From NCBI GenBank assembly GCA_050273025.1, contig CP158635.1, positions 18,662,001 to 18,726,000 on the forward strand: a DNA stretch of 64,000 nucleotides. The letters are read 5' to 3'. The DNA comes from Cenococcum geophilum (Eukaryota). Position numbers and translations under genes: made by a program. Each line of letters begins with the position of its first letter. Positions within the stretch are counted from its first letter, which is position 1. Shown here in pieces: positions 39,715-52,837 of the stretch. The notes below the pieces were generated by a model. The model saw only the letters and a program-made list of their open reading frames with translations, did no database searches and was not told where the DNA came from.

Positions 39715-41581
39715 ATGGATTTTCTAGAACTAACTGCTAGCTATAGGTGCATCTAAAAGGTGTTAAAGAAACCCCTTTACTTCGTCTAGCAGGAGCTAGT
39801 CTTCTTAAGCTTTTAATAATAAACTACCCTTTCTATTAACTAATACCGCTAGAGGATTAAGAGATATAGCGGATATAGTACCTAAGGATATTAGCAGTCT
39901 TGTCCTACCCCTATTATCTCCCCTATTACTATCCTTAGCTTAAATGCGGTCCTTAATAGCCTATTTACTACTATTAAACTATATAGATTCCTAAGAGGAT
40001 AAAGAAGTAGGGGTTAATAAAATACCTATAATATCCGCAATATCTGCAATATCTATTAAGAGGATATCTGCTGTAGAGAAGGTCTGGGTAATTATTAACC
40101 GTCTTAGGCTATAGTGGATGTCTATAGAAAACCTAGTATTTAAATAGATTATAATAGCTAAAGGTTTATGTAAGGTACTAAAGAAGAAAAAAGTAAGGGA
40201 GCTTCTTAGTAAACTTTTAGAGGATACTAATATCCTAGATATCTATATTAAAGAGATAAAGAAATGTGGTATAGCGGGTATTAGTATTACTCTTACTATC
40301 TAGGGAGAGCTTAAAGAGCTAAGGGAGAAAGAGTTATTATTTAGCGGCTTTAATTAATATGCGGATATTAAGCAGCTTAACCTTAGGCAGTGCTATTAAG
40401 CCGTAAAGACTTATATACCTATACTAGAGTATATAATTATAGTATGTTAAAAGGGTTAATATAAATATTCTTTATATAAAGGCCGTGCGGTTCTAATAGC
40501 TTTTATACTTATATTTAGCCTTTTATAAAACTCTATAAATTATATTCTATGGCTATTAGGGATATATCTCTAAGCTAACGGCGTTAAGTGCTGTGTGCTT
40601 TCTGTGCTCTATAGGCTTAGATTAATTAATAGTTATATTACTTTAAATTGGTAGAAGGAGCGGGTAACCTAGAAGTTAAGGTTTAGCCTATAATCTTTGT
40701 GGTATAGGCGTATACTAACCTATATATAGGTGAAAATCCGTTTAATAGGTGCCGCTTCTAATATAATTATTGTCTATAATAACTTTAACTACCTCTAGTA
40801 AGTTTAGTATTAAATACTTAGGGATACTAGGACGTTTTATTCGCGTATAACTGGTAAGCTTGTTTTTGGCGTATATATACCTAATAGTAGGCTTTAATAA
40901 AGTATGCTTTGTGTAGATATCCTAATTAAGTTCTTAGATATTATAGAGGCTCTAGGTAATTTATAAAACGAGATATAAAAGCAGATCTTAATAGCTTTAA
41001 TTTATAAAGCTATTGTAGAAGCGTACCTAGGCCTTAATATATTACTTAGTAAAAACCTATAGTTTAAATATCTATATATGCCTACTATTAATATAATACC
41101 CGCTACGCGGACGTCTAGGCTTAATCTAGAGCCTATTATAACTAGAGAGGCTTCTATATCTAAAACCTATAAGGTACTAAATAATATCTTTCTTTATTAA
41201 ATAAATCTATAATGTACTAATAAAGTATTTAAAGAGTAACTGTTTTTAATCTATAGTAATTAAAAGCTTATAAAGCTTATTTGGTTATATTAGGGAGAAT
41301 ATATTAAGTTAATATCCGCCTATAATAGCCTACGTTAGGCTTTACCTACTTTAGCTCTTTAGCACCTAAAGCTAAACTACCTATATATGGTTATATGGTA
41401 TTACTATAGTGGCAAGCAATTAGCCTAAGAGTACTCTACGTTGTATACCTATATAAACTACCTAAGTTAAAGGAATATCCTAGCCAAGTATATGCTGTTT
41501 TATTATATAGAGGAGCTAATTCTCTATAGCTTTAACGCTTATATTATAGCGTTACTTTATACTTAGATTAAGGACTCCTAT
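39715..41581 (+). pseudogene. DUF6589/Academ-type transposase, part 1
   Basis: De-RIP motifs IVYDNFNY (~40770), LIYGDQKL (~41245), LALWHLKLNYL (~41350), FHHMEELILHSFDARI (~41500). Start approximate. Confidence 0.7.
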
Positions 41582-41827
41582 TATTACAGCACTGGCAGAA
41601 ACTGGCAGAACCTAGCAGAACTTGGCAGAACTTAGTTGGCAGAACTTAGCAGAACTTCGCGGTCACGTGACTAGAAGACCGCATAAAAAGAACCCTACTT
41701 TAACTAGCGCTGCTCTTCTTCTCCTTTCCTTTCTCTAGCTTTAGATCCTCGTTTATAGACTACCAATTATATAGGCTTACGCGTCCCTCTTGCCGTACTC
41801 GTGCCTTAATTAACTAAGTTGCTAACA
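41582..41827 (+). repeat. 5' LTR of K
   Basis: Direct repeat of 55200-55445. Confidence 0.96.
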
Positions 41828-44800
41828 TTATCTAAAGCTTAACTACCCTTTTTTTCTAAAAAGGAACTTAAATATATCTATAGACTACAAACTAGAATAG
41901 AATATAGAATTAGACCTAAAGAATATTACCAGAACTAAAAGAATAGAAAAGAATAATAAGACCTATAGAATATGTATAGATCAGAACCCCTATAGAATCC
42001 TACTAAAAGTTACCCTAATAACCGTACTATAATGCCAAGAAATATAGCAGCCGGTAAAGCAGCCGCAGGACCCTTAAATACCTCCAATAGTAAAATAGCA
42101 ACTAACTTAAACTCCTAAGTAGAGCTTACAGCAGCTAATGCCGAAATTAAATAACTTTAAGAGCTACTTAAAGCTAGAGAACCCCCTACGCCTAGTAAGG
42201 AATTATTAAACACCTAAAGACTTACTATAGTCCTTAAGGCTCTAGCCTAATATATAGTATTAGCATTATCGTAGTCCGTAAAGGTTGCGGACCCCCTATT
42301 GCTTATAAATAGAACTAACCCTATATTTAATAATTAGAAGCTTTAATTATAGGATAAGCTTAAAGTTAATGCGGACCACTTCCCTACTACTTAGGCTAAA
42401 ATAGCCTATGTCTTCGGCTGTACCGGCGGGGATATATAGACGCACCTACGTCTATAGTATGTATAGGACTTAGTAAAGCCCTTCCTCTCTAAAGAAGAAA
42501 TAATTGTCTACTTATCTTCTATTTATAAGGACCCCTTTAAAGTATAAAACGCCTAACTTAATTATAAAAGCCTAAATATAAAAACAATAGAGACCTTCTT
42601 AGCCTTTTAGACCCACTTTCTGCACCTAGCCGGCTAGGCTTAAATTCCCTAGGAAGATTTAATACCAGACCTATTTAACAAGCTTACCCTAGACCTATAG
42701 CGAGCCGTACTACTAGTTTTTACTATTATATAGACGCTAAAGGAACTTACGGACTAGTGCTTGGCTATTAACTAAGGCCTCCGCTAAATTAAGGCACGCG
42801 CTAAACGGTATAAAGCTAGAAATCCTTTAAATTAGACTATAAGTAATACAAGAACGGCCTGTAATGCCCTAGCACAATTAGCAACCCCCGCAGCACTACC
42901 CGTATAGCCTACCACCAATTTAGCAGCTAGCTATATAGCTAGCCCTACTATAGGTCCGGCGAATGCTTAGCCTATATACAGCAACCCCCGTATATAGGCC
43001 GTTAGTAATTAAGGAACTTACTTCTCTTATAAATAGAAAGGTCACTATATAAAGGATTACTTAACAAACGCGAAAGTGGACAAGGTTCTATTAATCTAAG
43101 AGGACAGCATAGAGTTGGAAAAAAAGAAACTTTAGAGAAAGACTCCTCTTTAGGGTTAAAAGGGATTAATATATTAGATATTAATCTAGGTCAGCTAGTT
43201 AGTAAAAGAAGCTACACTATCCCTTATACTTTATTCCGTAATAAATACTAAGTTTTAATCTCTACTTTAGCTAACTCTAAAGTAAATACCTTTACTTTAA
43301 TAGATACCTAGTATGCCGTAAAGCTAACTAACTTTCTAAATATACCTATTAAAGAATTACCTAAACTAATTCCTATCCGCGGGTATAATAGGCGGATAGG
43401 ACTACCTATTATAACTATCTTACGGATTTACCTCCGTGTTAATGGACGAAGGTAGTATAACACCCCCTTCCTTATTACGGACCTAGGTAGCTATAATATA
43501 ATCTTAGGGCGAAAATAGCTAGCCTATTTAGGCTTATAGCTTAATATATAGAGTAGACGGCTTACCTAGCCCAAAACTCTACCCCTAACCCCTTCCTTTA
43601 TAAAAGAAATTAGTATTATAATAGAAAACCTTATATAGCCCTAGATTAATACTATTTACTAGGCTAATACTATATATAGGGACTAGGCCTTTAAGAAAGA
43701 TATATAGCTTAATTTGCAACGGATCTATATACTACGTCGCCCCCAGACTACCTATATTATACTACCTATATTAAAGACCTAAGAAGTTAGTAGTGACCTA
43801 AAAAAGCCCCCTATAGAGAGCTTAGGCCCTATATAGCTACAAAGAACAGTAAGGGATGTTAGACGTTATACTAAACTAATAGATTAGAGGGATAACCTAT
43901 AGAAGATAGAATAGGAGCTAAGAAAGATTATAAACCCTAGACTGTAAAATACGGTCTAAAAAACGGCTATAATAAAACTAGCGGACCTCCTACCAGTTAA
44001 TGTCTGCTATATTAGTGCCGTAGGATTCTACTAGAACTTAGTTTAGCCTAATACCGTCGCCTTTATAACGAGCTTATATAAAATTAATTAAATAATTAAG
44101 GAAAAGGAAAATAAGCTTAGTAGACAAAAAAGTGAGCTTATAGATAAGGAACTAGTAGAACAAAAGCTGCCCTATTAACACTAGAAATTTAAGGATATAT
44201 TCTCTAAAGCAGCGTCTAATATACTTCTACCTCACTAACCATATAACTATAAGATTAAGATTAAGTAGGGCAAAGAAAATACCCTTAGCTTTAGCCCCCT
44301 TTATAAGTAGTCTATTACCAAATTATAGGCCATAAAGCAGTATCTTATTAATAACCTAAATAAGGGCTTTATTAAGCCTAGCTAAGCCCCTTTTACCTTA
44401 CCTATTTTCTTTATTAAAAAGCTAAATAGAGGACTCCGCTTTTATATTAACTACTATAAGCTAAACAATATAACCCACAAGGATCACTATCCGTTACCCC
44501 TACTTAATAAAACTCTAGCCTAAATAAATAGAGCTAAGGTCTTTATAAAGCTTAATATCCACTAGGCCTTTTACTAAATTAGGATAAACCCTAGGTCTAA
44601 AGATCTTACTATATTTTAGACCTATTACAAAATATATAAATATAAAGTACTCCCTTTTAAACTAACTAATAGACTAGCTATATACTAGCAGTATATAAAT
44701 AATATACTCTTTAACTACCTTAATAATTTCTATATAGCCTATTTAGATAATATTATAATCTACTCTAAGAATAAGCTAGAATATAAGGAGCACGTCTATA

Positions 44801-45363
44801 AAGTCCTATAACGGCTCCGTAAGGCTAGCCTCTAAGTTAATATTAAGAAGTTAAAGTTTAGTATTAAGCATATAAAGTACCTAGGTTTTATATTACGGAC
44901 GCTTTAAGTACGATGTTACGACTACTTAAAGAAGAGACGGAAGAAGCTAGTTGGTTAATACAGGCACGGTCCAGAATGGAGCCAATAGAACTATATAACG
45001 AGGAATGGTAACCAAGGTCACATAATATAATCTATATAATCTGTATAATCTGTGGGATCTATAACAGAGCAGATAGAGCACACATACATTACATATAAGA
45101 AGGATTTCATAGGAGTACGGTTATGTATTTAAGGACCCTTAATCCCTACCTAGATAGTTCCTTCCTTATAGTGATTCTTAGAATATAATTAGAGTTAATC
45201 TATTAGGCAACTACTCTACTAGTTATTATTACGTTATTGACTTTTATACTTGCATTTTCTATATACCTAGCCCAATAACAAGCCCATTATAGTTCTTGCT
45301 ATAAGGTTCCGTTATACAATTACTACCTAGTTACGGTATTAATATAAGAAGTCGAACAACAAC

Positions 45364-48330
45364 ATACTACTAAAAGCAGCTACTATAATGCTATTGACGG
45401 CAGCAACTACTTTAGGGACAGGAGGTGATACTAGTATGGCAGATACTAACTTATAGTAACCTGTAACAGTCAGACAGCTATAGGAAATAGTTGACCAGCT
45501 AATAGCTAATAATACAGTATTAGAAGAAAGACTTAACAGGATAGGAGCAGTAAAGATTAAGCTACTATTAATTAAAAGATTTATAGGAGAGAGGTTGAAG
45601 CTTAAAGGATTCCTTACGCAGATATACTTTAAGGTCTTATAGAAAGGAGTAAAGTTACCTATACCCGTAGATCGGATAGCCTATATAGGACTATTCTTAT
45701 TAGGAAAAGCACTTAAGTGGTTCGAACCTTACCTTACGGAGATATAGGTAAATGGAATAACGACCACTAACTAAGATGTGCGATTTATATTCTTAAGTTA
45801 GGAAGGATTCGCAGAATAACTTACGCAGATATTTGGAGACTCGGAAGAAATAACTACAGTAGAAAGAAAACTCTAAAACCTCGTGCAACAAACTTTAGTA
45901 ATTAAGTATACGATATAATTCCAGACACTAGTAATATAAGTAGAGTGGAATAATAGGGCGCTTATAGTATAATATAAACAGGGACTTAAGGCTAAAGTCT
46001 AGGACGTAATTATTCTAATAGAAGATACGAACACCCTAAGGGAACTAATAGATTAGGCGATTAAGATTAATAATCGGATCTACTAAAGGGAATAGGCTAA
46101 AAGAGGCTAGGATAGAGTTCTATAGTTGTATAAGGCGTAGAGTACGTAATAACAAAAGTTAAGTTAGAAACTATAGTATAGCGCAGAGCTAATAGACCTA
46201 AGTGGTACTAAAGAAGCCTATAAAAGATGGAGCAAACTATAGAAACCTAGAGGATAAGGATTAAGTGATTAAAGGTTTAGGGAGCAAAGGCTAAATTAGG
46301 GATTTTAATAGCAGAAGACATTTAGGCGGACTCTATAGTAAGAGAAATGGTTTAAAGAAGGAGCTTATATAAATTACGGAAAATAGGGTTATTACGTTAG
46401 AGACTATAAAGGCAGGCAGAGTTACTATGTAGTAAAAGGCATAAGATTAGTAGACGATATATACGTATAGAGGGATAATAATATGCTACGAGGAACAAAA
46501 GAGTGTTTAATTAAAAGTTTTGCGTTTTGTTATAATAACGCATACTAAATTTATAAGGACGCTAAGTATGGCGCAAGCTATTAGCTATAAGAGCTAGCAC
46601 CTACAAAATATAGAGGAACTAATGAACTAGTTCGCAGATCGGATATTAAGGACGATAAATTTAACCTAAGCAAAACATTCCGTAACAATAAGGTAATAAG
46701 GGCCGCTTACTAGGAGCGAGCAGACCTTAGAGATATTATACTAAAGGTAGAGGATAATTCTACTATAGAATAAGGAATATTAGTAGGGATTAAAACCCCA
46801 CTAGATACAATATCTATCGCTTTATAAGACGTAAAAAAAGTAGGATAGCAAACCACTTTAACACTTAATAAAGGCAAAAGGCCAAAAGCTTAAGATTCTT
46901 AAGACGAGATAAGGCGTACCCTAGGACCTATAATAGACGAAAACCGATAGAGCAGGGCAGCAGCTTAGTTTAAAAACATATAAATAAGCTTAGGATAAAG
47001 TTTCCCATAAACATAAGACTCTTAAGATAAGATAAGTGAGATTTAAGACTTTTAAGACGAGATGAGAATACTATAGACGCCTAGTTAGACTAAGGCGGGA
47101 GCTAAGCTTAAGTTAGAAGTAAGCTTAGGATTAAAGAATCTAAGGGACTAAGATTTTAGAGTATAAATAAGGACACCTATAAATAAGAGGTAAGGAGCTT
47201 CTTTATAGATTAGAGAATCTATAATATAAATAGTAGTTAGACTAAGAGACAGACATATAGACCTAGAAGACTTACTAGGGGAATATAGTATTTAGCCTAA
47301 AGATCGAAAGTTTAATACTAGGATTAAGAAGTAAGACGACTTTAAGGATTAGGGCGTAAGGCGCAAACCAAAAAAAACTATAGAAGAATTTAGGTAAAGA
47401 ATTATCGCATAGCAAGAACAGAAACTAGATAAGAGATCTAGTATATTGGGACGTATAAAGGACAGAGCATTAGTACGAAGAATTACTAATAGGCCGAGAG
47501 TAGGCATACTAAGAGCTAAGTGGCTTACTGAACTGGAAAATGAAGAGGATTTAGGGATTCTAACTAGGTTCGAAGAACGATATATAAAGGGCTATTATAA
47601 TATAGTAATAAGAAGATACTTCCTTATAGACAGACTATATATACTCTAGCAGCTATACCAAAAGTAGTATAGGCAAAGGCATAATAATAAGTGGGAAGAT
47701 TTCTATATATAGTTAAATAAAAAAGTTATCTAGGACTACCTAATTATAGAGAAGGCCATAACGTATATTAAAGGAGCCTTAATTATAATATTAAAGGATC
47801 TAGAGGAACGTTTAGAGGACTAGAGAAGTAAGAGACGCATCTTAGTACCTATAAATAAAGTTATAACGTTTAGATTAGCATGATAAAGGTTTAAACTTAG
47901 GGATAAAGATAAGCTAAGAGTTAACCTAAAGCACCCAGCACACTATACATTATTATAGATTGTGTGTGTAGACAATATATACGAAATGTATAAGAATCCA
48001 AAGGAAAAGAATTAGAAATACCCTATAAGAATATACTAGATAACGGACAAATAATAGTATAGAAATGCTAAATATATATATAGATGGTATCTAGCAGAGA
48101 TCTAAAAGGAAGGAAGTTTAGTACTTTAACTAGGAAGATTCCTTACGGAAGAATGCTTAAACGGACAATAGTAGTAGGAATGCCCAGAAAATACGTGTTT
48201 ATAGTATATTAAAGATAAAAAGCGAACTAGGTATTGGCTAAAAAGCGAGCCAAGTGTACTAGGATTAAGCAGCTAATAGTTAGGAAAAGTGGAGGCCTAC
48301 AGAACCAGAGGGAGCTAGTAGTAGAGCCTT
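45364..48330 (+). pseudogene. gag: Extended gag of E (capsid, CCHC knuckle, ~1.8-kb extra region)
   Basis: De-RIP MPPKAAT start; LKGFLTQ and AL(K/E)WFEPYL capsid motifs; knuckle de-RIP C.NCGKQGHYARDC at ~46365-46410; track ORF 47446-47649 lies in the extra region. Confidence 0.78.
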
Positions 48331-48339
48331 AGACCCTTA

Positions 48340-51300
48340 AAGGAATTTAAGGGCGACACCTAAATTTACAAATTAATTGGTAGGATTAGCAGTTTAAAGC
48401 GCTAATAGATAGTGGAGTAACGCGAAACTATATCTTACTAGCAGCAGTTAAGAGAATGGGATTACCTTATAGACAGAAGGAGCAACCTTACCCATTAATT
48501 ACGATTTTAGGAGATCCAATAACCTATAGAGGAGGAATTATTAATCTTAAAACAGGACCTATTTAGATAACTATTAAAGGAAGATAAATTAAGATGTCTT
48601 TTAATATCCTACTATTAGGACGGGACGAGGCAGTATTAGGTATACCTTAGTTATAGGAATATAATCTAAAAATCGATTGGATTATAGGTTAGGTCGATAT
48701 TAAAGATACTTAACGCCATAAGATGCGATAATAAGCCAAGTTGGTATAGTACTAAGTAGGAGCAACCTATAAAGAAATAGAAAAGGGACTAAGTTATATA
48801 CTAAAGAGATACCACAAGTATAGCAAAAAACTATAGTTACTAAAAAGTGAAAAGCTGTTAAAATATATAGCATAGGACTATAAAATAGAATTAGAACTAG
48901 GAATAAGTCTAAGGTTCTTTCTAATCTATAAGCTTACCAAAGAAAAAGGTAGAGCGCTAAAAGAGTTTATCTAGGAAAATCTATAAAAGGGATACATTAG
49001 ACCATCGCAGTCATTAGCGGGTTATCCAGTACTGTTCGTACTAAAGAAGAATGGCAAACTAAGGCTGTGTATCGACTATAGATAGTTAAACAGCATTACT
49101 AGGAAGGATAGGTATCCTTTACCCTTAATTAGCAAAATCTAAGATAGGATAGGTAATGCGCAAATCTTTATAAAGATAGATCTAAGATAGGCGTACCATT
49201 AGATTAGGATTAAGGAAGGCGACAAATAGAAGGCAGCCTTTAGGTCAAAGGAAGGACTATATAAACTATTAGTTATGCAATTTGGGCTTATAAACGTACT
49301 AGTAACGTTCTAAAAGCGTATTAATAATGTGTTAGGAGAACACTTGGATGAATTTATTATAGTATATCTCGATGATATTATTATCTACTTAATAACTAAG
49401 GAAAAACACGGAGAACACGTTAAATAGGTCTTAAAGAGACTATAAGAAAAACAGATGCTAGTAGCAATTAAGAAATGCGAGTTCTTTACCAAGAAGACCG
49501 ATTTCGTGGGATTTATCATTAAACTAGGCCAACTCAGCATAGATCCAAAAAAGATTAAGGCTATAGTAAATTAGCAGGAACTAGAGAACGTTATATAGTT
49601 GAGATTGTTCCTAGGGTTTTGCAATTACTATAGAAGGTTTATAGCGCAGTGGTTAAAGGACATTAAGCCATTTACGCGATTAATAAAGAAAGAAGAACTA
49701 TAGGCATAGGGAAAGGAGTAAAGAGAACTCTTTAAGAAAGTTAAAGAGTTGTTTACCTAGAAGCCAGTTCTTAAAATCTATTAACTAGGACTAGAGATGG
49801 TTATAGAGACAGATATATTAGACTATATACTAGGGGCGTACTTTATATAAAGATATTAAAATAGATAGTACCTAGTGGCATACTATAGTCGGAAGATAAT
49901 ACTACCAAAGTTAAACTATAACATCTATAATAAGGAGTTGTTAGGTATAGTTATAGCATTAAAGAAATAGAGAGTATTCTTGCAAGGTATAGAGAAACTA
50001 TTTATAGTTAAAACGGATTATAAAAACCTAACAGGATTCCTAACGATAAAGGAACTTAACTAAAGACAGGTTAGATGGGTAGAGATGCTTGCGGAATACT
50101 ATTTTAAGATTTAGTATACTAAAGGTACAAATAATACACGGGCAGATGCTCTAAGCTATAAAGCTAAACTATAAAATAAGGAAAAGCTATTAGGGGCTTT
50201 ATTACAAAAAGATATAGACGGATTAATTAGGTATAATTATCCGAAAATCGCAGTAACTTAAGAAGACGATAAACTAGAGAAAGTCTATAAGATACCGGAA
50301 AGCTTTTAGGCATAAAGAATTCTAGAAGTATAACTAGAAGATCTATAGACGGATATATACAAAAATTAAGAAGCGAAATATATCCTAAGAAGTATAGCAG
50401 AGTAGTTCGTGGAGGACTTTTATAAGGGACTAACTTAAGGACATAATAGGGCCACGGGCTTAGTGTTAAGACTTTAGGAGGAGTATATTATTAACGGAAT
50501 CTAGAGGATAGCTAGAAGGGTTACTAAAGAGTATTTAAATTGCTAAAGGAATAAATTAATAAGGCATAAGCTATATAGGGGGCTATAACCTATTAAAATA
50601 CCAGAGAGACTATAGGAGGTTATATTATAGGACTTTATTATTAAGTTGCCAAAATTAAAAGATCCTATTACCGAATAAGAATATAACGTGATCTTAGTAA
50701 TAGTAGATAAGCTTACAAAGTGGGGATACTTTATAGCATGTATAGAAGAAATCTCAGTAAAGGATATCGCTAGAATCTATGTAAAAGAAGTGTTTATAAG
50801 ACATAGAGCACTAAGTAAGATTATATCGGATAGAGATCTAAGATTTATAGTAGCATTTTAGGAAGTGTTCTTAGCGGAGCAAGGAGTTTAAGCAGTAACT
50901 TCTACTATATATTATCCACAAACAGACGGTTAAATAAAAAGATTAAACTAGACACTAGAATAATATCTAAGGCATTATATTAATTATGCATAAAATAATT
51001 AGGTATTATTATTACCAATTATACAATTTATATATAATACAATATCTTAAGAAGAAATAGGCATATTACTATTTAAGGCAAATTATGGATATAAGCTAAG
51101 AATATCGTTGTTATTATAGTAAGTAAAGAAAACGAGTAGTATAGCTAAAGAAAGGATAAAGGATTTAATAAATCTTTATGTAAACCTTATAGAGACAGCT
51201 AAAGTAGTACAGCAGAGAATAAAAAGGTACTATAATGCTAAGAGATCTAAGGGACTAGATCTTAAGGAGGGAGATAAAGTATAGCTACTATACAAAAATT

Positions 51301-51700
51301 TTAAGAGTTAACGACTAAGTAAGAAATTAGACTATATTAGACTAGGACCTTTTAAAATTATATAAAGGATTTCACCGGTTATGTTTAAGTTAAACCTACC
51401 AGCTAAAATGAAGATCTACCCTATACAGCACATTATAATGCTAGAGCCAGTATATAGGAATATTAAGCCACTAGTCTATAAAGCAGACACATATAGAGGA
51501 TAAGAAGAAGACAAATAGTAAGTTTTAAAGATCGTTAATTATAAGGATATTAACGACAAGATATAGTACAAGGTTAAGTAGATAGGCTATACTAAGACTA
51601 CCTAGGAACTACTAGAGAATCTAAAAAACGCTATAGGAAAGGTACAGGAGTATTAGAAGAAATTAGGTCAGGCAGTATTAATAAAAAAGGATTACTAAAG
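48340..51700 (+). pseudogene. pol: pol of E (PR, RT, RNase H, integrase, chromodomain)
   Basis: ALIDSG at ~48400; YLDD at 49365-49376; HPQTDG-like at ~50912; GPF at ~51345; chromodomain de-RIP WYKVKWTGY..TTWEP.ENL at ~51560-51625. Confidence 0.92.
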
Positions 51701-52303
51701 AATAAGTCACCTAAGGGGGACCTAAGAAGAGCAGTTGCTAAACTACTTAGATCTATTTCCTTCTCTATTAAAGGAGAATCCGTTCTTTTATTACCCAGTT
51801 CCTATAGACCTTATTTTATAAGTTTCTACTCCTTAGAACGGACCTTCTTACGCACCTTCTTAAGATGGATTAGTTAAGCGGACGCCGCTAAACAAGACTT
51901 AAGAGCCCGTTACTGAGTATCGGCAGCCTTCTATTTAGCGTCCTAAGATTGGCGCAATTTAGCAAGAGTAATAGATAGTTTATTATCTAGCCGCGTAGTA
52001 GTAGATTAAATATAAAACCCTAAGATAAATTAGTTAGGGAACCAGACGACTATTAAGAGTAATAGGTCGCGTATATTTAGTATTAGAAGTAGAGCAAACG
52101 TTATAGAACAAACGAATATTTGCTTTAGTATACTCTAAGCAAGAGAACAGTTGTTATAAAGATGGGTTCGCTAACGTAATATAAACCAACCCCTCTTTTA
52201 AATAGCGGAAACACGGAGATAGTATAATCTTACTAAGAGATAATATTGTAACAACAGTGCGAGCACAACGAGCAGTTAAGGAAGAAGAAATTGCTTTAGG
52301 TAT
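51631..52303 (-). pseudogene. Antisense two-exon gene in E: Zn(II)2Cys6-pattern plus coiled-coil protein (~200 aa), RIP-degraded
   Basis: Exon 1 at 52303-52075, intron at 52074-52020, exon 2 from 52019; C-x2-C-x6-C-x13-C-x2-C-x8-C after reverting TAT>TGT (see findings). Confidence 0.68.
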
Positions 52304-52411
52304 AATAAGCAATAATATTAACCAAATTAATTAGACGGATATTATACCTCTAGTAAATAACTTAGAGATATTTTAAATCTTTAAGGACGAAGATAAAGAG
52401 AAGGGAGATGG

Positions 52412-52837
52412 TGTTATGGACGCTTTAAGTATAATATTACGACTACTTAGAGAAGAGACGGAAGAAGCTAGTTGGTTAATACAGGCACGGTCCAGGATAG
52501 AGCCAATAGAACTATATAACGAGGAATAGTAACTAAGGTTACATAATATAATCTATATAATCTATGTAATCTATAGGATCTATAATAGAGCAGACAGAGC
52601 ACATGTATATTACGTATAAGAAGGATTTTATAGGAGTATGGTTATGTATTTAAGGACCCTTAGTCCCTACCTAGATAGTTCCTTCCTTGTAGTAATTCTT
52701 AGAATATAATTAGAGTTAATCTATTGGGCAACCACTCCACCAGTTGTTATTACGTTGTTGACTTTTGTACTTACATTTCCTATACACCTAGCCCAATAAC
52801 AAGCCCATCGTAGTTCTTGCTATAAGGTTCCGTTACA
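52412..52837 (+). repeat. 3' LTR of E
   Basis: Direct repeat of 44891-45316. Confidence 0.97.

Larger units (their letters stand above)
44891..52837 (+). mobile_element. Full-length Gypsy chromovirus E (family A, 7947 bp)
   Basis: 426-bp LTRs at 44891-45316 and 52412-52837; TSD TTTTA at 44886-44890 and 52838-52842; PPT at ~52395-52411. Confidence 0.97.

Noticed and set aside
47446..47649. 67-aa ORF as an independent gene
   Set aside because: Stop-free remnant of the extended gag region of E.
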